From an uncultured Gemmatimonadales bacterium (GTDB lineage: Bacteria > Gemmatimonadota > Gemmatimonadetes > Longimicrobiales > Gaopeijiaceae), in assembly GCA_937982605.1 (NCBI GenBank), contig CALJLC010000342.1, forward strand, positions 1 through 40,154: a stretch of 40,154 nt of DNA, in the 5' to 3' direction. Made by a program: the position numbers and the translations under genes. Positions 8,779 through 16,402 of this stretch are shown here, one piece after another. Positions within the stretch are counted from its first letter, which is position 1; each line of letters opens with the position of its first letter. A model generated the notes under the pieces. The model made no database searches, was not told where the DNA came from, and saw only the letters and a list, made by a program, of their open reading frames with translations.

Positions 8779-9210
8779 ATGAGACAGGCTATTCCCCTGA
8801 TGCTCGCGGCCACGCTGGTCGCGGTGGCCCCGGACTCACTCTTCGCGCAGGCACCGGATCCGGTCCTGCTGGGCGAGGGCGCAACGGTCTACGGTGACTT
8901 CTGTGCCAGCTGCCACAACGCGCGGGCCAGCTCCGAGCGAACCGATCTCGAATGGGTGGCGATCGTGCTGCACATGCGCGCCCGTGCGAACCTGACGAAG
9001 CGCGAGGCAGCGGCCGTGTTGACCTTCCTGCAGGCCACGAACCTCCCGGAGGGCTCGGCCTCCGCCGCCGGACGGCTCGACCGCGATGAGGTCGACCCGA
9101 CGCGGACGGTGATTCCGGCTGAGCTCCGGTCCATCTTGTCGGAAAACGCCATCAACGGGGCTGCCGGCAGCCCCTCCCCGGCACCGACGAAGCTCGGGGA
9201 TGGCCGATGA
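8779..9210 (+). CDS. Mono-heme c-type cytochrome (exported)
   Basis: Signal peptide and a single CxxCH (CASCH). GAGG Shine-Dalgarno lies 8 nt upstream of ATG 8779; GTG 8770 is an alternative start. Confidence 0.7.
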   Translation: MRQAIPLMLAATLVAVAPDSLFAQAPDPVLLGEGATVYGDFCASCHNARASSERTDLEWVAIVLHMRARANLTKREAAAVLTFLQATNLPEGSASAAGRLDRDEVDPTRTVIPAELRSILSENAINGAAGSPSPAPTKLGDGR

Positions 9211-9599
9211 CGACCTGGCGCCCCCTCACGACCGTCCTCGCCCTCTGCGGGCTCGTCACCGCCCAGTCGGCAATCGGCATCGAAGCTCAGGAGAGCGTCG
9301 CCGACGAGCGTACGATCAGCGAGGGGAAAGCGCTCTATGCCTCGGTCGGTCTCTGCTTCGCCTGCCACGGTCCGACGGGCCAGGGCGTGCCCGGGGCCGG
9401 ACCGAACCTGTCCGACGGCGACTGGCTGCACTCCGATGGCTCCCTCGACGGTATCTTCACCCGCATCCTCACCGGGGTGTCGCCGAGCGAAAGCAAGTCG
9501 GGCGTCATCATGCCGCCGAAGGGCGGAAGTGCCATTACCGAGGAGCAGGCCCGATCCATCGCGGCCTACGTCTGGTCGTTGCAGCGAAGAACGTTCTGA
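9207..9599 (+). CDS. Class I c-type cytochrome (exported)
   Basis: ATGA overlap with the previous gene. Signal peptide, heme motif CFACH, and a distal Met region (GVIMPPKGG). Confidence 0.8.
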   Translation: MTTWRPLTTVLALCGLVTAQSAIGIEAQESVADERTISEGKALYASVGLCFACHGPTGQGVPGAGPNLSDGDWLHSDGSLDGIFTRILTGVSPSESKSGVIMPPKGGSAITEEQARSIAAYVWSLQRRTF

Positions 9600-9662
9600 G
9601 GTCAGGGCCGACGCGACTGCGTCCAACGATCACGAGGGAGCTCCTCGGATCGACGTCTCCTC

Positions 9663-9679
9663 GCCAGCCCGGGGCTGGC
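9663..9679. terminator. Short GC hairpin between convergent operons
   Basis: GCCAGCCC g GGGCTGGC between the cytochrome c stop (9599) and the minus-strand barrel gene stop (9690). The loop is very short and there is no U-tract. Confidence 0.25.
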
Positions 9680-9689
9680 ATCCACCGCC

Positions 9690-10898
9690 TCACGGAGTCC
9701 GGAACCGGTACTCCGCGGTCACCTCGAAGTGATCGTCGGCGCGGAACCAGGACAAGGGGTCGGACTCGGCGCTTCCGTCGTACAGGCGCACCGCTGTCTC
9801 CAGCCGCAGGCGCTCTCCTAGCCGCGTTCCGGCCTCCGCGACGGCGTAGTGCCCGTCCGAACCGAGGTCGGCCAGGAATCCGGCGACGATCTCACTCCCC
9901 CCCCGATCGTTCAGGACGACGCGCGCACCGGCGAAGACATCGTCGTCGAACCAAGTGAGGGTTCGATCGTCCCGACCGTCGTGACTGTATTCGCCGAGCA
10001 ACGCCACGTCCATGCGGCCGCCTCCGACTCCGAAGAGGATCCGCTCGAACCCTCCGGTGAACGCCGCATACGTGGAGCCCTGGCCACCTCGGACGATCCC
10101 CTCGGCCTTCCAGAGCCAGGCCTCCGCGGTCCACTGCACCTCGAGCCCGGCCTGACGGATGAGATCATAGCGCGGGACCAGGACCGGAGCTTCGGGCGGG
10201 CCCGCGAGGAAGTATTGGGGCTCGCGGCCGGTCCCGACGAAGGCACTGACGGCCCACTCGAACGGCCCGGCGTAAGCGGACCAGCGCGCCGCGACATCGG
10301 GATGCCAGCGCCCCCACCGACTCTCGTAGGTGGCGGCTTCGTGGTCCACCGGAAAGGGCACCCCCGGTCGGCCCCCGGGCCCCGGGTATCGCTGCGCCCG
10401 AGCCCCGGTCAGGAGGAACAGGTCGACGAATCCGCGCGATCCGAGATCTACCGATCCCCGGATCATCCATTGCCCCAGCTTTTCGTCCCCGTCGATCCGG
10501 GCTCGCCAGTCGATCTGATTCACGACGTCGACCACGTGCCTCGACTCCGTGACACCCCAGAAGACCGTGCTCATCCCGGCGAGGAGCGCGATGCCGTTCC
10601 AGCTGCCCTGGACCTGCGCCTCGCGCACGTCGAGGTAGCGCCGGCTGGGATCCGAGGCATCCCACCGCGCCACTGCCGCGACGCTCCAGGCGGATGACCC
10701 GACCCATCCCTGCAACTCGGGCCGGGCGACAAGCGAGATCGCCCCGCGGCGGGGCTGGTTCGCCGAGAGCGGATCATCGACGAACGCCCGTGCTTCGGCA
10801 CCCAGCACGGCGCTCACCGTCCAGGCCGGCGGGGCGTCGGGCAATGGCAATGCCTGTGCCGACGCCGGACCCGCGATCCCCGTCCAGGCCAGGACCAT
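9690..10898 (-). CDS. Putative outer-membrane beta-barrel protein (last gene of ABC exporter operon)
   Basis: ORF-track 9690..11345 trimmed to ATG 10898 (MVLAWTGIAGPASAQA, signal-like), because the upstream part overlaps the LolA-like gene and is Arg/Pro-rich. The body is rich in beta-strand, Trp/Tyr/Gly patterns. Family not recognised. Confidence 0.5.
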   Translation of the reverse strand: MVLAWTGIAGPASAQALPLPDAPPAWTVSAVLGAEARAFVDDPLSANQPRRGAISLVARPELQGWVGSSAWSVAAVARWDASDPSRRYLDVREAQVQGSWNGIALLAGMSTVFWGVTESRHVVDVVNQIDWRARIDGDEKLGQWMIRGSVDLGSRGFVDLFLLTGARAQRYPGPGGRPGVPFPVDHEAATYESRWGRWHPDVAARWSAYAGPFEWAVSAFVGTGREPQYFLAGPPEAPVLVPRYDLIRQAGLEVQWTAEAWLWKAEGIVRGGQGSTYAAFTGGFERILFGVGGGRMDVALLGEYSHDGRDDRTLTWFDDDVFAGARVVLNDRGGSEIVAGFLADLGSDGHYAVAEAGTRLGERLRLETAVRLYDGSAESDPLSWFRADDHFEVTAEYRFRTP

Positions 10899-10950
10899 GG
10901 AGCACAGGCCCGGGAGCGCCCCCCTGAGCGCCGACGGTGCCCGGAAGCGA

Positions 10951-11760
10951 CTACCGGGGGCGACCCAGCGCCGCACGGCTGAACTCGGCCTCCGTAAGAC
11001 CCGTCGCGATCCGGTATTCGGACCACAGAAGCTCGGTGGCGCGGTCCGACCGGAGATCACGCATGACCGCCCGACGAGGCCTCCACCTGCCGTCCACGTC
11101 CAGCTCGTGCTCGGAGAGCACGAGCATGCGGGTCGCTCTGCCTCGCTCGTCCCAGGAGTCGACACGAAGCACCTTGTACGCGGTCGTGTCGACCCACATC
11201 TCCTGTCGGGAGTACCCGCTCCCCTCATAGCGGGGCCTCCTCTCCACCACGAAGACGGACTCGTCCTCGTGCGTATCGGCGCGCACGAATCGGTAGGTGA
11301 ACTGCTCCACGCGCATCGGCACGAGGTCCTCGTAGCTGAACTCACTCCCCATGAACGCTGCGGAACGCCCGCTCTCGGCGATCCGTTTCGTCCTGCGAAG
11401 GGCCGGTAGATAGAGCCACTGTTCGTTGTCCCGCTCGGCGTACGCGTGCGTCAGAAGGGCCGTACCCCTCAGGTCCGGCGGACTCTGGAAGTACACGATG
11501 GTCCGCTCCTCCGTCGGCGAGATCTCGAGCGCCGCGTACTCCAGCTCACGGGTCGCCACCGTGACGCCGCCCTCGCGCAGGACCATCTCGACCCGAGCCT
11601 GGAGGTCCCCGAAACCGCGCACGCGCTCGTCCGCCTCTCGGGCGATGGCCGGCCCGCGATCCTCGGGGGCATCCTGAGCTGCGAGGCGAACGGTCGGCGA
11701 GGCCGTCCACCACACGACGAGCCAGAGAACACGACCCGACACGCTGCGCACGGCGATCAC
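10951..11760 (-). CDS. Outer-membrane lipoprotein-sorting (LolA-like) protein
   Basis: Signal peptide. The core ...DNEQWLYLPALRRTKRIAESGRSAAFMGSEFSYEDL... matches the LolA-like family that accompanies FtsX-type ABC systems. Start overlaps the ATPase stop by 4 nt. Confidence 0.65.
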   Translation of the reverse strand: MIAVRSVSGRVLWLVVWWTASPTVRLAAQDAPEDRGPAIAREADERVRGFGDLQARVEMVLREGGVTVATRELEYAALEISPTEERTIVYFQSPPDLRGTALLTHAYAERDNEQWLYLPALRRTKRIAESGRSAAFMGSEFSYEDLVPMRVEQFTYRFVRADTHEDESVFVVERRPRYEGSGYSRQEMWVDTTAYKVLRVDSWDERGRATRMLVLSEHELDVDGRWRPRRAVMRDLRSDRATELLWSEYRIATGLTEAEFSRAALGRPR

Positions 11761-12653
11761 GATACCCCCTCGTTCCTGTGGCGGTCTCCCCCGTCCTGCA
11801 CGTAGGCTCCCGGCTCGCGCAGGAAACGCTCACGACAGCGCTCCGAACAGAAGAGGTAGTCTCGCCCCGCGTGTGTGAGGCGAATCCCGGCTGTCCACTC
11901 GTCGACCTGCATGCCGCAGACCGGATCACGCACCCAGACGTGCGGATCGGCGCGCCGGTCGCGAACGCGGCCGTCCTCCAACCACAGGACGCGGTCCGCA
12001 ACGTCTTCGATTCGCGGATCATGCGTGACGATGACCACGGCGCATCCCTCGTCCCGCGCGATGTCGTGGAGCCTCATGGTGACTTCCGCGCCACGCTGGC
12101 TGTCGAGGTTGCCGGTCGGCTCGTCGGCAAGCACGAGGGGGACCCGGTTGATCAGCGCCCGGGCGATCGCGACACGCTGCTTCTCCCCTCCGGATAGGGT
12201 CGCCGGACGGGCGGTACGCCGGTCGAGCAGCTCGAGACGGCCGAGCAACTCCTCCGCACGTGACCTCGCGGCGCCGATCCCACCGTCGTTCAGCTGCGCG
12301 GGCAACAACACGTTCTCCTCGACCGTCAGCGCGTCCAGGAGGTTGAATCCCTGGAAGACGAATCCGACGTTGCGCGCTCTCAGGCGGGCCAGGCGGGCCT
12401 CGGGCATGCCGGTTACGTCCTGCCCTGCGATCTCCACAGTCCCCGACGTGGGGCGCAACAGAGCGCCCATGAGCGAGAGCAGGGTCGTCTTGCCGGACCC
12501 GGAAGGCCCCATGATGACCACGATCTCTCCGGATGCCACGGTCAGTGAGACCCCGTCGACCGCCCGAATAGCGCGTCGTCCTTCACCGAACGTGCGAACG
12601 AGGTCGCGAGTGCGCACAACGCCGCTCGCATCGGTCACGGTGGCCTCCGTCAT
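11757..12653 (-). CDS. ABC transporter ATP-binding protein (MacB/LolD type) with C-terminal YHS/TRASH metal-binding domain
   Basis: Walker A GPSGSGKTT, signature LSGGEKQRVAIARAL, Walker B LVLADEPTGNLD, H-loop VIVTHD. An extra C-terminal module DPVCGMQVD...RDYLFCSERCRERF lies at about 11805-11939. Confidence 0.9.
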   Translation of the reverse strand: MTEATVTDASGVVRTRDLVRTFGEGRRAIRAVDGVSLTVASGEIVVIMGPSGSGKTTLLSLMGALLRPTSGTVEIAGQDVTGMPEARLARLRARNVGFVFQGFNLLDALTVEENVLLPAQLNDGGIGAARSRAEELLGRLELLDRRTARPATLSGGEKQRVAIARALINRVPLVLADEPTGNLDSQRGAEVTMRLHDIARDEGCAVVIVTHDPRIEDVADRVLWLEDGRVRDRRADPHVWVRDPVCGMQVDEWTAGIRLTHAGRDYLFCSERCRERFLREPGAYVQDGGDRHRNEGVS

Positions 12654-13762
12654 GTGCGAAAGACCGTAGCAGGCTCGACGGAAGCGACACGCCGCGCCAG
12701 GAGGAGAGATGCCACGATGGCCACCAGCGCGCCGACCCCGGCGACTTCGAGCACGGCGCCGGGGGTCAGGCGCACCGCGACCACGGTGGCGAGGCCCCGG
12801 GTGAGGCTCGCGAGGATAGCGGTGCCAGCCAGCGCGAGCCCGAACGCAGAGGCGGCAACGAGCGAAGACTGGACCACGACAGCCAGGTAGACATGGCCGC
12901 GCTGGAAGCCCATGGCCTTGAGCACGGCGAGCTCGGTGCCGAGGCGGGCGGTGTGGACGTACATCGTGAAGCCGACGAGTAACGTGGCCAGCGCGGCGCA
13001 GATCCCCGTCATGAGCGCGATGATCTGCGTGCCCATCTGACGGGCGAGCGCGGTATCGCTCTCCACGAGCTCCTCGGTCGTCATGGCCTCGACGGCGTCC
13101 ACCTCGGCCTCGATCCGGCGGGCCAGCTCCCCGGGCGCCGTGCCTTCGTTCGCCTGAACGAGGAGGTAGCTGTCATACCCTTCCAGCCACAGCAAGTCGG
13201 CGAGATCCTCCCTGTGGACGAAGACGACCGGATTGGTCGCCGAGAACGTCTCCTCGGAGAGCCCGACGACGAGGAGGTCCCGATCGCCGACCTTGACGGA
13301 ACCTCCGAGCCCGACCCCCGACACGCGCGCGAGCACCCCTGGAACGACGACTTCGCCGGGTTGCACCTGGCCGCGCCCCTCTGCCATGGCCCACGGAGCT
13401 CCCAACCGCTGCCCTGGCTCGATCCCCACGATGTAGCAGAACCATCGCTGGCCCGAAAAGGTGACCATCGAGTTGAGGTAGAGCACTGCCGCCGCCGCGC
13501 GGACGCCCTCCACCGATTCAACCTCTCGTCGCTTGGCGCGACCCACGAACGAAGACGCCATGTGCACGTTCGAAACGCCCGCCTGCATGACCCAGACGTC
13601 GGCACCGGCCCGCTCCAGGTACGTCGCCAGCTGGCGGGTCTCACCCTCCCACACGGCTCGGAACATGAACACGAGCGTGAAGGCGGCGGCCACCGCCAGG
13701 CTCGACGCGAGCATCCGAAGCCGCGCCTGGAGGAGACTCACAACCGCCCAGCGGACGATCAT
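12650..13762 (-). CDS. FtsX/MacB-type ABC permease (second copy)
   Basis: ORF-track 12650..14377 trimmed to ATG 13762 (MIVRWAVVSLLQARLRML...), which overlaps the upstream permease stop as ATGA. N-terminal TM, periplasmic domain, and a C-terminal 3-TM FtsX-like region. Confidence 0.8.
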   Translation of the reverse strand: MIVRWAVVSLLQARLRMLASSLAVAAAFTLVFMFRAVWEGETRQLATYLERAGADVWVMQAGVSNVHMASSFVGRAKRREVESVEGVRAAAAVLYLNSMVTFSGQRWFCYIVGIEPGQRLGAPWAMAEGRGQVQPGEVVVPGVLARVSGVGLGGSVKVGDRDLLVVGLSEETFSATNPVVFVHREDLADLLWLEGYDSYLLVQANEGTAPGELARRIEAEVDAVEAMTTEELVESDTALARQMGTQIIALMTGICAALATLLVGFTMYVHTARLGTELAVLKAMGFQRGHVYLAVVVQSSLVAASAFGLALAGTAILASLTRGLATVVAVRLTPGAVLEVAGVGALVAIVASLLLARRVASVEPATVFRT

Positions 13763-14889
13763 CGGCGGAAGACCTCCGTCGGTTCGAGGCCCCGGACGAT
13801 CGCGAGCGGCCCCACGGAGCCGGCCGTGGAGAACGCCAACAGGCCCGCAACCGCGAGAGTGACGCTGACCGGCCGCAAGGGCTCGATCAGGTAGAGCGGC
13901 GCGAAACGCCCCACCAGCTCTGCGCCCACGCGGGCCAGAGCAACGCCCGCCGGGGCGGCGACGAGGACCACCATCAGGGCCTCGGCCAGGACACCTCCGA
14001 CGATCATCCGGGCCGGGAACCCGATGGCCTTCAGCACGCCGATATCGCGACGACGCCCCTCCGCCGCAGTGAACATGAAGAGCCCGACCACGGTCAGACC
14101 GACGACCCATGCGATGCCGATCAGGAGGTCCAGAACCGCGCCCAGCATCGTCCGTCCAAGGCGCTCGTCGTTGTCCGCGATCTGCTCGGGCCCGTAGACA
14201 TCCACCGCAGGCACTCCGGCCTCGATGGCCTCCCGCACGCCGGACGACTCGGTACCCTCGTCGAGCCGAATCAGCAGGTAGCCGAGAAGCGGAAACGCGC
14301 TGAGATCGTCCGCCAGGTCCGCTTCGAAGTAGAACTCGATCAGCGTGTCGTAGTTGGTGAACGCCAATGGTGTCCACAACGCGGCCGTCGCCTCGACCAC
14401 GCCGACGATCAGGAACGAGTATCCGGCGATCTCCAGCTGCTCACCGACGGAGAGCCCATGGATGCGGGCCAGCGATCGATCGATCAGGATCTCGCCCTCC
14501 CCCTCAAGGACCCGGCCTTCCTCGACCGCGCGCGGGACCCCGGTCGTGTCGGCGATCAGCAGCAGCAACGGCGTCCTCCTTCCGTCGCGTTCGTGGATCA
14601 GAGGGAGAGTCGTCATCGGCTCGGCCGCGAGCACACCTGCAACGGCCTCGACCTCTCCCCGCGCGAGCTGCGGAAGGACGGAGCGGGCACCCACGATGTT
14701 GGAGACTCCCGGTTGCACCGCGATGAGGTCGGCTCCCCGGTCCAGAGCCACGCTGCGAAGCTGGGTCGCGAGCCCGGCCTTCACCCCCTGGAGCAAGAGC
14801 ATGACGGCCAGCACGGCGGCGATGCCCGCGACCGAGAGCACCGACCGGCTGGCGTCGAGTCGCAGCCATCCCAGCGCGAGCCGAGACAC
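13759..14889 (-). CDS. FtsX/MacB-type ABC permease (first copy)
   Basis: GTG 14889 (MSRLALGWLRLDASRSVLSVAGIAAVLAVMLLL...). Same architecture as the following permease. First gene downstream of operator copy C-. Confidence 0.8.
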   Translation of the reverse strand: MSRLALGWLRLDASRSVLSVAGIAAVLAVMLLLQGVKAGLATQLRSVALDRGADLIAVQPGVSNIVGARSVLPQLARGEVEAVAGVLAAEPMTTLPLIHERDGRRTPLLLLIADTTGVPRAVEEGRVLEGEGEILIDRSLARIHGLSVGEQLEIAGYSFLIVGVVEATAALWTPLAFTNYDTLIEFYFEADLADDLSAFPLLGYLLIRLDEGTESSGVREAIEAGVPAVDVYGPEQIADNDERLGRTMLGAVLDLLIGIAWVVGLTVVGLFMFTAAEGRRRDIGVLKAIGFPARMIVGGVLAEALMVVLVAAPAGVALARVGAELVGRFAPLYLIEPLRPVSVTLAVAGLLAFSTAGSVGPLAIVRGLEPTEVFRR

Positions 14890-14981
14890 GCGAACGCCTC
14901 GCCATCGGGAGATGACAGCATGGTCACGATCGACTCCTGGCCTCCGATGGAACCCTGCACGTGTAACTTCGACCGCCGACC

Positions 14982-15019
14982 ATGAAGCGGGCGTGACATC
15001 ACGGTGAACCCGACTTCAT
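14982..15019 (-). promoter_or_regulatory. TTCAY composite operator, copy C- (upstream of ABC exporter operon)
   Basis: Minus strand reads ATGAAG tcgg GTTCAC cgtgat GTCAC gcccgc TTCAT. Ends 92 nt before GTG 14889. Confidence 0.7.
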
Positions 15020-15042
15020 GGTTCGGCCGCGCGGACCGTATC

Positions 15043-15080
15043 ATGAGCGTTGCTTCATCTCTCGTTCACCCTGATTTCAC
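15043..15080 (+). promoter_or_regulatory. TTCAY composite operator, copy C+ (upstream of PII/SHOCT/YHS/complex-I-like operon)
   Basis: ATGAGC gttg CTTCAT ctctcg TTCAC cctgat TTCAC. Repeats start at 15054, 15065 and 15076. Ends 85 nt before ATG 15166. Back-to-back with copy C-, 23 bp apart. Confidence 0.7.
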
Positions 15081-15165
15081 GACGCGGCCCTTCGATTTCG
15101 GTGTCGCCGCCGAGGCGGCAGCGTCGCACGTGGGGTGATGGCCCACCTCATCGGACGGAGGGACC

Positions 15166-15516
15166 ATGGCACGGATGAAGGACGTGAAGGCGATCGTGAG
15201 GACGGAGTGTGTGGCCGGGCTGCTCGAGGCGTTGAAGGAGTCCGGGGTGTCACGCTTCTACCTGTCCAAGGTCCACGCGATCGGACGCGGGGTGGATCCG
15301 GACGACTACAAGCTCTCGCTGGACGAAGGAAGCGCATACACGGAGAAGACCGCGGTCGAGTTCGTCTGTGCCGCGAGTCGGGCTCAAGAGCTCATCGAGG
15401 TCATCCGAACGTGGGCCGGCACCGGCCGCCGCGGGGACGGCATCGTCATCGTCTCGGACGTGTCCGACGTCGTCAACGTGCGCACGGGCGACCACAACCG
15501 GATCGCTTTGCTCTGA
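15166..15516 (+). CDS. PII (GlnB)-like signal-transduction protein
   Basis: 116 aa. MKDVKAIVRTECVAGLLEALKESG... and the C-terminus GRRGDGIVIVSDVSDVVNVRTGD follow the PII fold signature (G-DGKIFV...IRTGE). The T-loop region is divergent. Confidence 0.7.
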   Translation: MARMKDVKAIVRTECVAGLLEALKESGVSRFYLSKVHAIGRGVDPDDYKLSLDEGSAYTEKTAVEFVCAASRAQELIEVIRTWAGTGRRGDGIVIVSDVSDVVNVRTGDHNRIALL

Positions 15517-15525
15517 GGAGAGGCA

Positions 15526-15807
15526 ATGACGACGATCGCGCAAATCGGTGTCCCGATGTCGGAGCACGGCGGCGGGCTCTTCATGGGGATGCACTGGCTC
15601 TGGTGGGTCGCCTGGCTCGTCACGTTCCTCGGTATCGCCTGGGCGGCGGCCCGCCTGTACCGTGATCGGAGCGAATCGCAGCGTCGGCGGGCGTCGGAGG
15701 ACGCCGCCGAGCAAGTGCTACGCCGCAAGTTCGCCGAAGGAGAGATCGACGAAGACGAGCTCGCTCGGCGACTCCGCGTTCTCAGGGAGACTCAGGGCGG
15801 CTCGTGA
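15526..15807 (+). CDS. SHOCT-domain small membrane protein
   Basis: One TM helix (MHWLWWVAWLVTFLGIAWAAA), then a SHOCT-type C-terminus (LRRKFAEGEIDEDELARRLRVL). Confidence 0.65.
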   Translation: MTTIAQIGVPMSEHGGGLFMGMHWLWWVAWLVTFLGIAWAAARLYRDRSESQRRRASEDAAEQVLRRKFAEGEIDEDELARRLRVLRETQGGS

Positions 15808-15853
15808 CGATGACGTTCCGCCACCCCCACCACCCGTACCAGAGGAGAGACCC

Positions 15854-16012
15854 ATGGCTGTGAAAGACCCCGTGTGTGGCATGGAGATCGAGCCGGAGGA
15901 CGCAGTCGCCCGGGTGGAGTACGAAGGACGCGACTACTACTTCTGCAGCGAGTCCTGTGAGGAGGAGTTCAAGGAGAATCCCGAAGACTACGCGGAGTCG
16001 GAGGGACCCTAG
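15854..16012 (+). CDS. Stand-alone YHS/TRASH-domain metal-binding protein (52 aa)
   Basis: ATG 15854 preceded by AGAGGAGAGA. MAVKDPVCGMEIE...GRDYYFCSESCEEEF is the same motif as in the ABC ATPase tail. Below the ORF-track size cut as an independent gene. Confidence 0.75.
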   Translation: MAVKDPVCGMEIEPEDAVARVEYEGRDYYFCSESCEEEFKENPEDYAESEGP

Positions 16013-16013
16013 G

Positions 16014-16358
16014 TTGTCGGCGGCTCACGGTGCCGCGCTGATCGTCTTCTCCCTCGGGCTCTGCGCCGGACTCGCCGTCTGCGCGCCGGGGCGGGGCACG
16101 GCGACCGCGCCCGAGCGGACCCCCTATCTGGGCGGCTACGCACCCGAAACGCACGCCTGGAGCCGATTCCACGTTCGGTACTACGGGATGGCGCTGCTCT
16201 TCCTCGCGTTCGACATGGAGATGGTCTTCATGTACCCGTGGGCGGTCGTGTTCGCCGAGGAAGGCATGATTGCATTCGTGGAGATGCTCATGTTCATCGT
16301 GATCCTCCTCCTCGGCATCCTGTACGCCTGGCGGGAGCGGGCCCTGGCTTGGGCCTGA
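16014..16358 (+). CDS. nuoA: NuoA/ND3-like complex I membrane subunit
   Basis: TTG 16014 lies 1 nt after the YHS stop; the start is uncertain. The core RFHVRYYGMALLFLAFDMEMVFMYPWAVVF matches NuoA (FDvE motif retained). Confidence 0.75.
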   Translation: MSAAHGAALIVFSLGLCAGLAVCAPGRGTATAPERTPYLGGYAPETHAWSRFHVRYYGMALLFLAFDMEMVFMYPWAVVFAEEGMIAFVEMLMFIVILLLGILYAWRERALAWA

Positions 16359-16402
16359 CTGCTTTCGCGAGGCTGGCGGCGAAGGCACCGGCGCCGGTCT
16401 TC

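Noticed and set aside
16238-16402. ATG 16238 as the start of the NuoB/D-like ORF, which would overlap nuoA by 120 nt.
   Set aside because: The overlapping segment translates to Arg/Gly-rich junk in a frame alternative to the well-conserved NuoA core. GTG 16403 is the first canonical start after the nuoA stop. The true start remains uncertain; CTG 16355 is in frame.
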